NCBI GenBank assembly: GCA_044360755.1
Contig: JBIKJV010000379.1
Location: 1-60,447, forward strand
Direction of reading: 5' to 3'
DNA: 60,447 bases
DNA from: Phycisphaerales bacterium
GTDB lineage: Bacteria > Planctomycetota > Phycisphaerae > Phycisphaerales > SM1A02
Both the position numbers and the translations under genes were made by a program. The notes under the pieces are model-generated. The model ran no database searches, was not told the origin of the DNA, and worked only from the letters and a program-made list of their open reading frames with translations. Every line of letters begins with the position of its first letter. Positions within the stretch are counted from its first letter, which is position 1. Shown here one piece after another: positions 60,321-60,447 of this stretch.

Positions 60321-60447
60321 CGCATCGTGTGTCGCGAGCGCAATTCGCACAATGTCCAAAAAGTGCCACCCTATTTTCGGCACTTGGATAATTCACATAG
60401 GGTATACCCTATACACACACGCAAGCCCAGTATTCATGCGGGTTGCG
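60321..60447. repeat. terminal redundancy, copy 2 (identical to 1-127)
   Basis: 127/127 identity with the window start. Confidence 0.97.

Overview
The window is a complete genome of a tailed dsDNA phage. Nt 1-127 are repeated exactly at 60321-60447, so the genome is either circularly closed or terminally redundant, with 60,320 unique bp. It is gene-dense and has two arms. The plus-strand early/replication arm runs from 59678 across the junction to 21209. It encodes many translationally coupled micro-ORFs, a MoxR-type AAA ATPase and a vWA/metallopeptidase protein, glutaredoxin, family A DNA polymerase, a Cas4-like PD-(D/E)XK nuclease, a VRR-NUC nuclease, an SNF2 helicase, a putative SSB and a prim-pol/SF3 primase-helicase. 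The minus-strand packaging/structural/lysis arm runs from 58924 down to 21288. It encodes an RHH protein, TerS, TerL, portal, scaffold, major capsid protein and adaptor candidates. It also encodes two fibre systems (1934 aa and 1242 aa), an internal lysis cassette with embedded Rz/Rz1-type spanins and a GH19 endolysin, ejection-type proteins including a 2608-aa giant, and three small basic proteins. The arms diverge from a 726-nt non-coding region (58952-59677) and converge on tandem/bidirectional terminators (21235-21289). I found no integrase, CI-type repressor, tRNA, CRISPR array or RNA polymerase. There is no tape measure, tube or sheath, so the virion is probably podovirus-like. The spanins and lipoboxes imply a diderm host. 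Items most worth follow-up: (1) the 2608-aa virion 'polyvalent' protein, which carries a sigma70 region-4-like HTH, a UvrD/PcrA-type Tudor module and zincin-like motifs, in a phage with no RNAP of its own; (2) the long divergent control region, which holds a canonical G-quadruplex motif, paired 25-nt hairpin repeats, tandem GGGCGnnTGA repeats and about 450 nt rich in short purine-loop hairpins; (3) a GTGTGTATACACAC operator family linking the late (RHH) promoter with the early region; (4) a TTGGATAATT iteron array across the genome junction; (5) a recurring AACCACAAAGGA leader cassette. All functional calls come from motif reading by eye. No searches were run.
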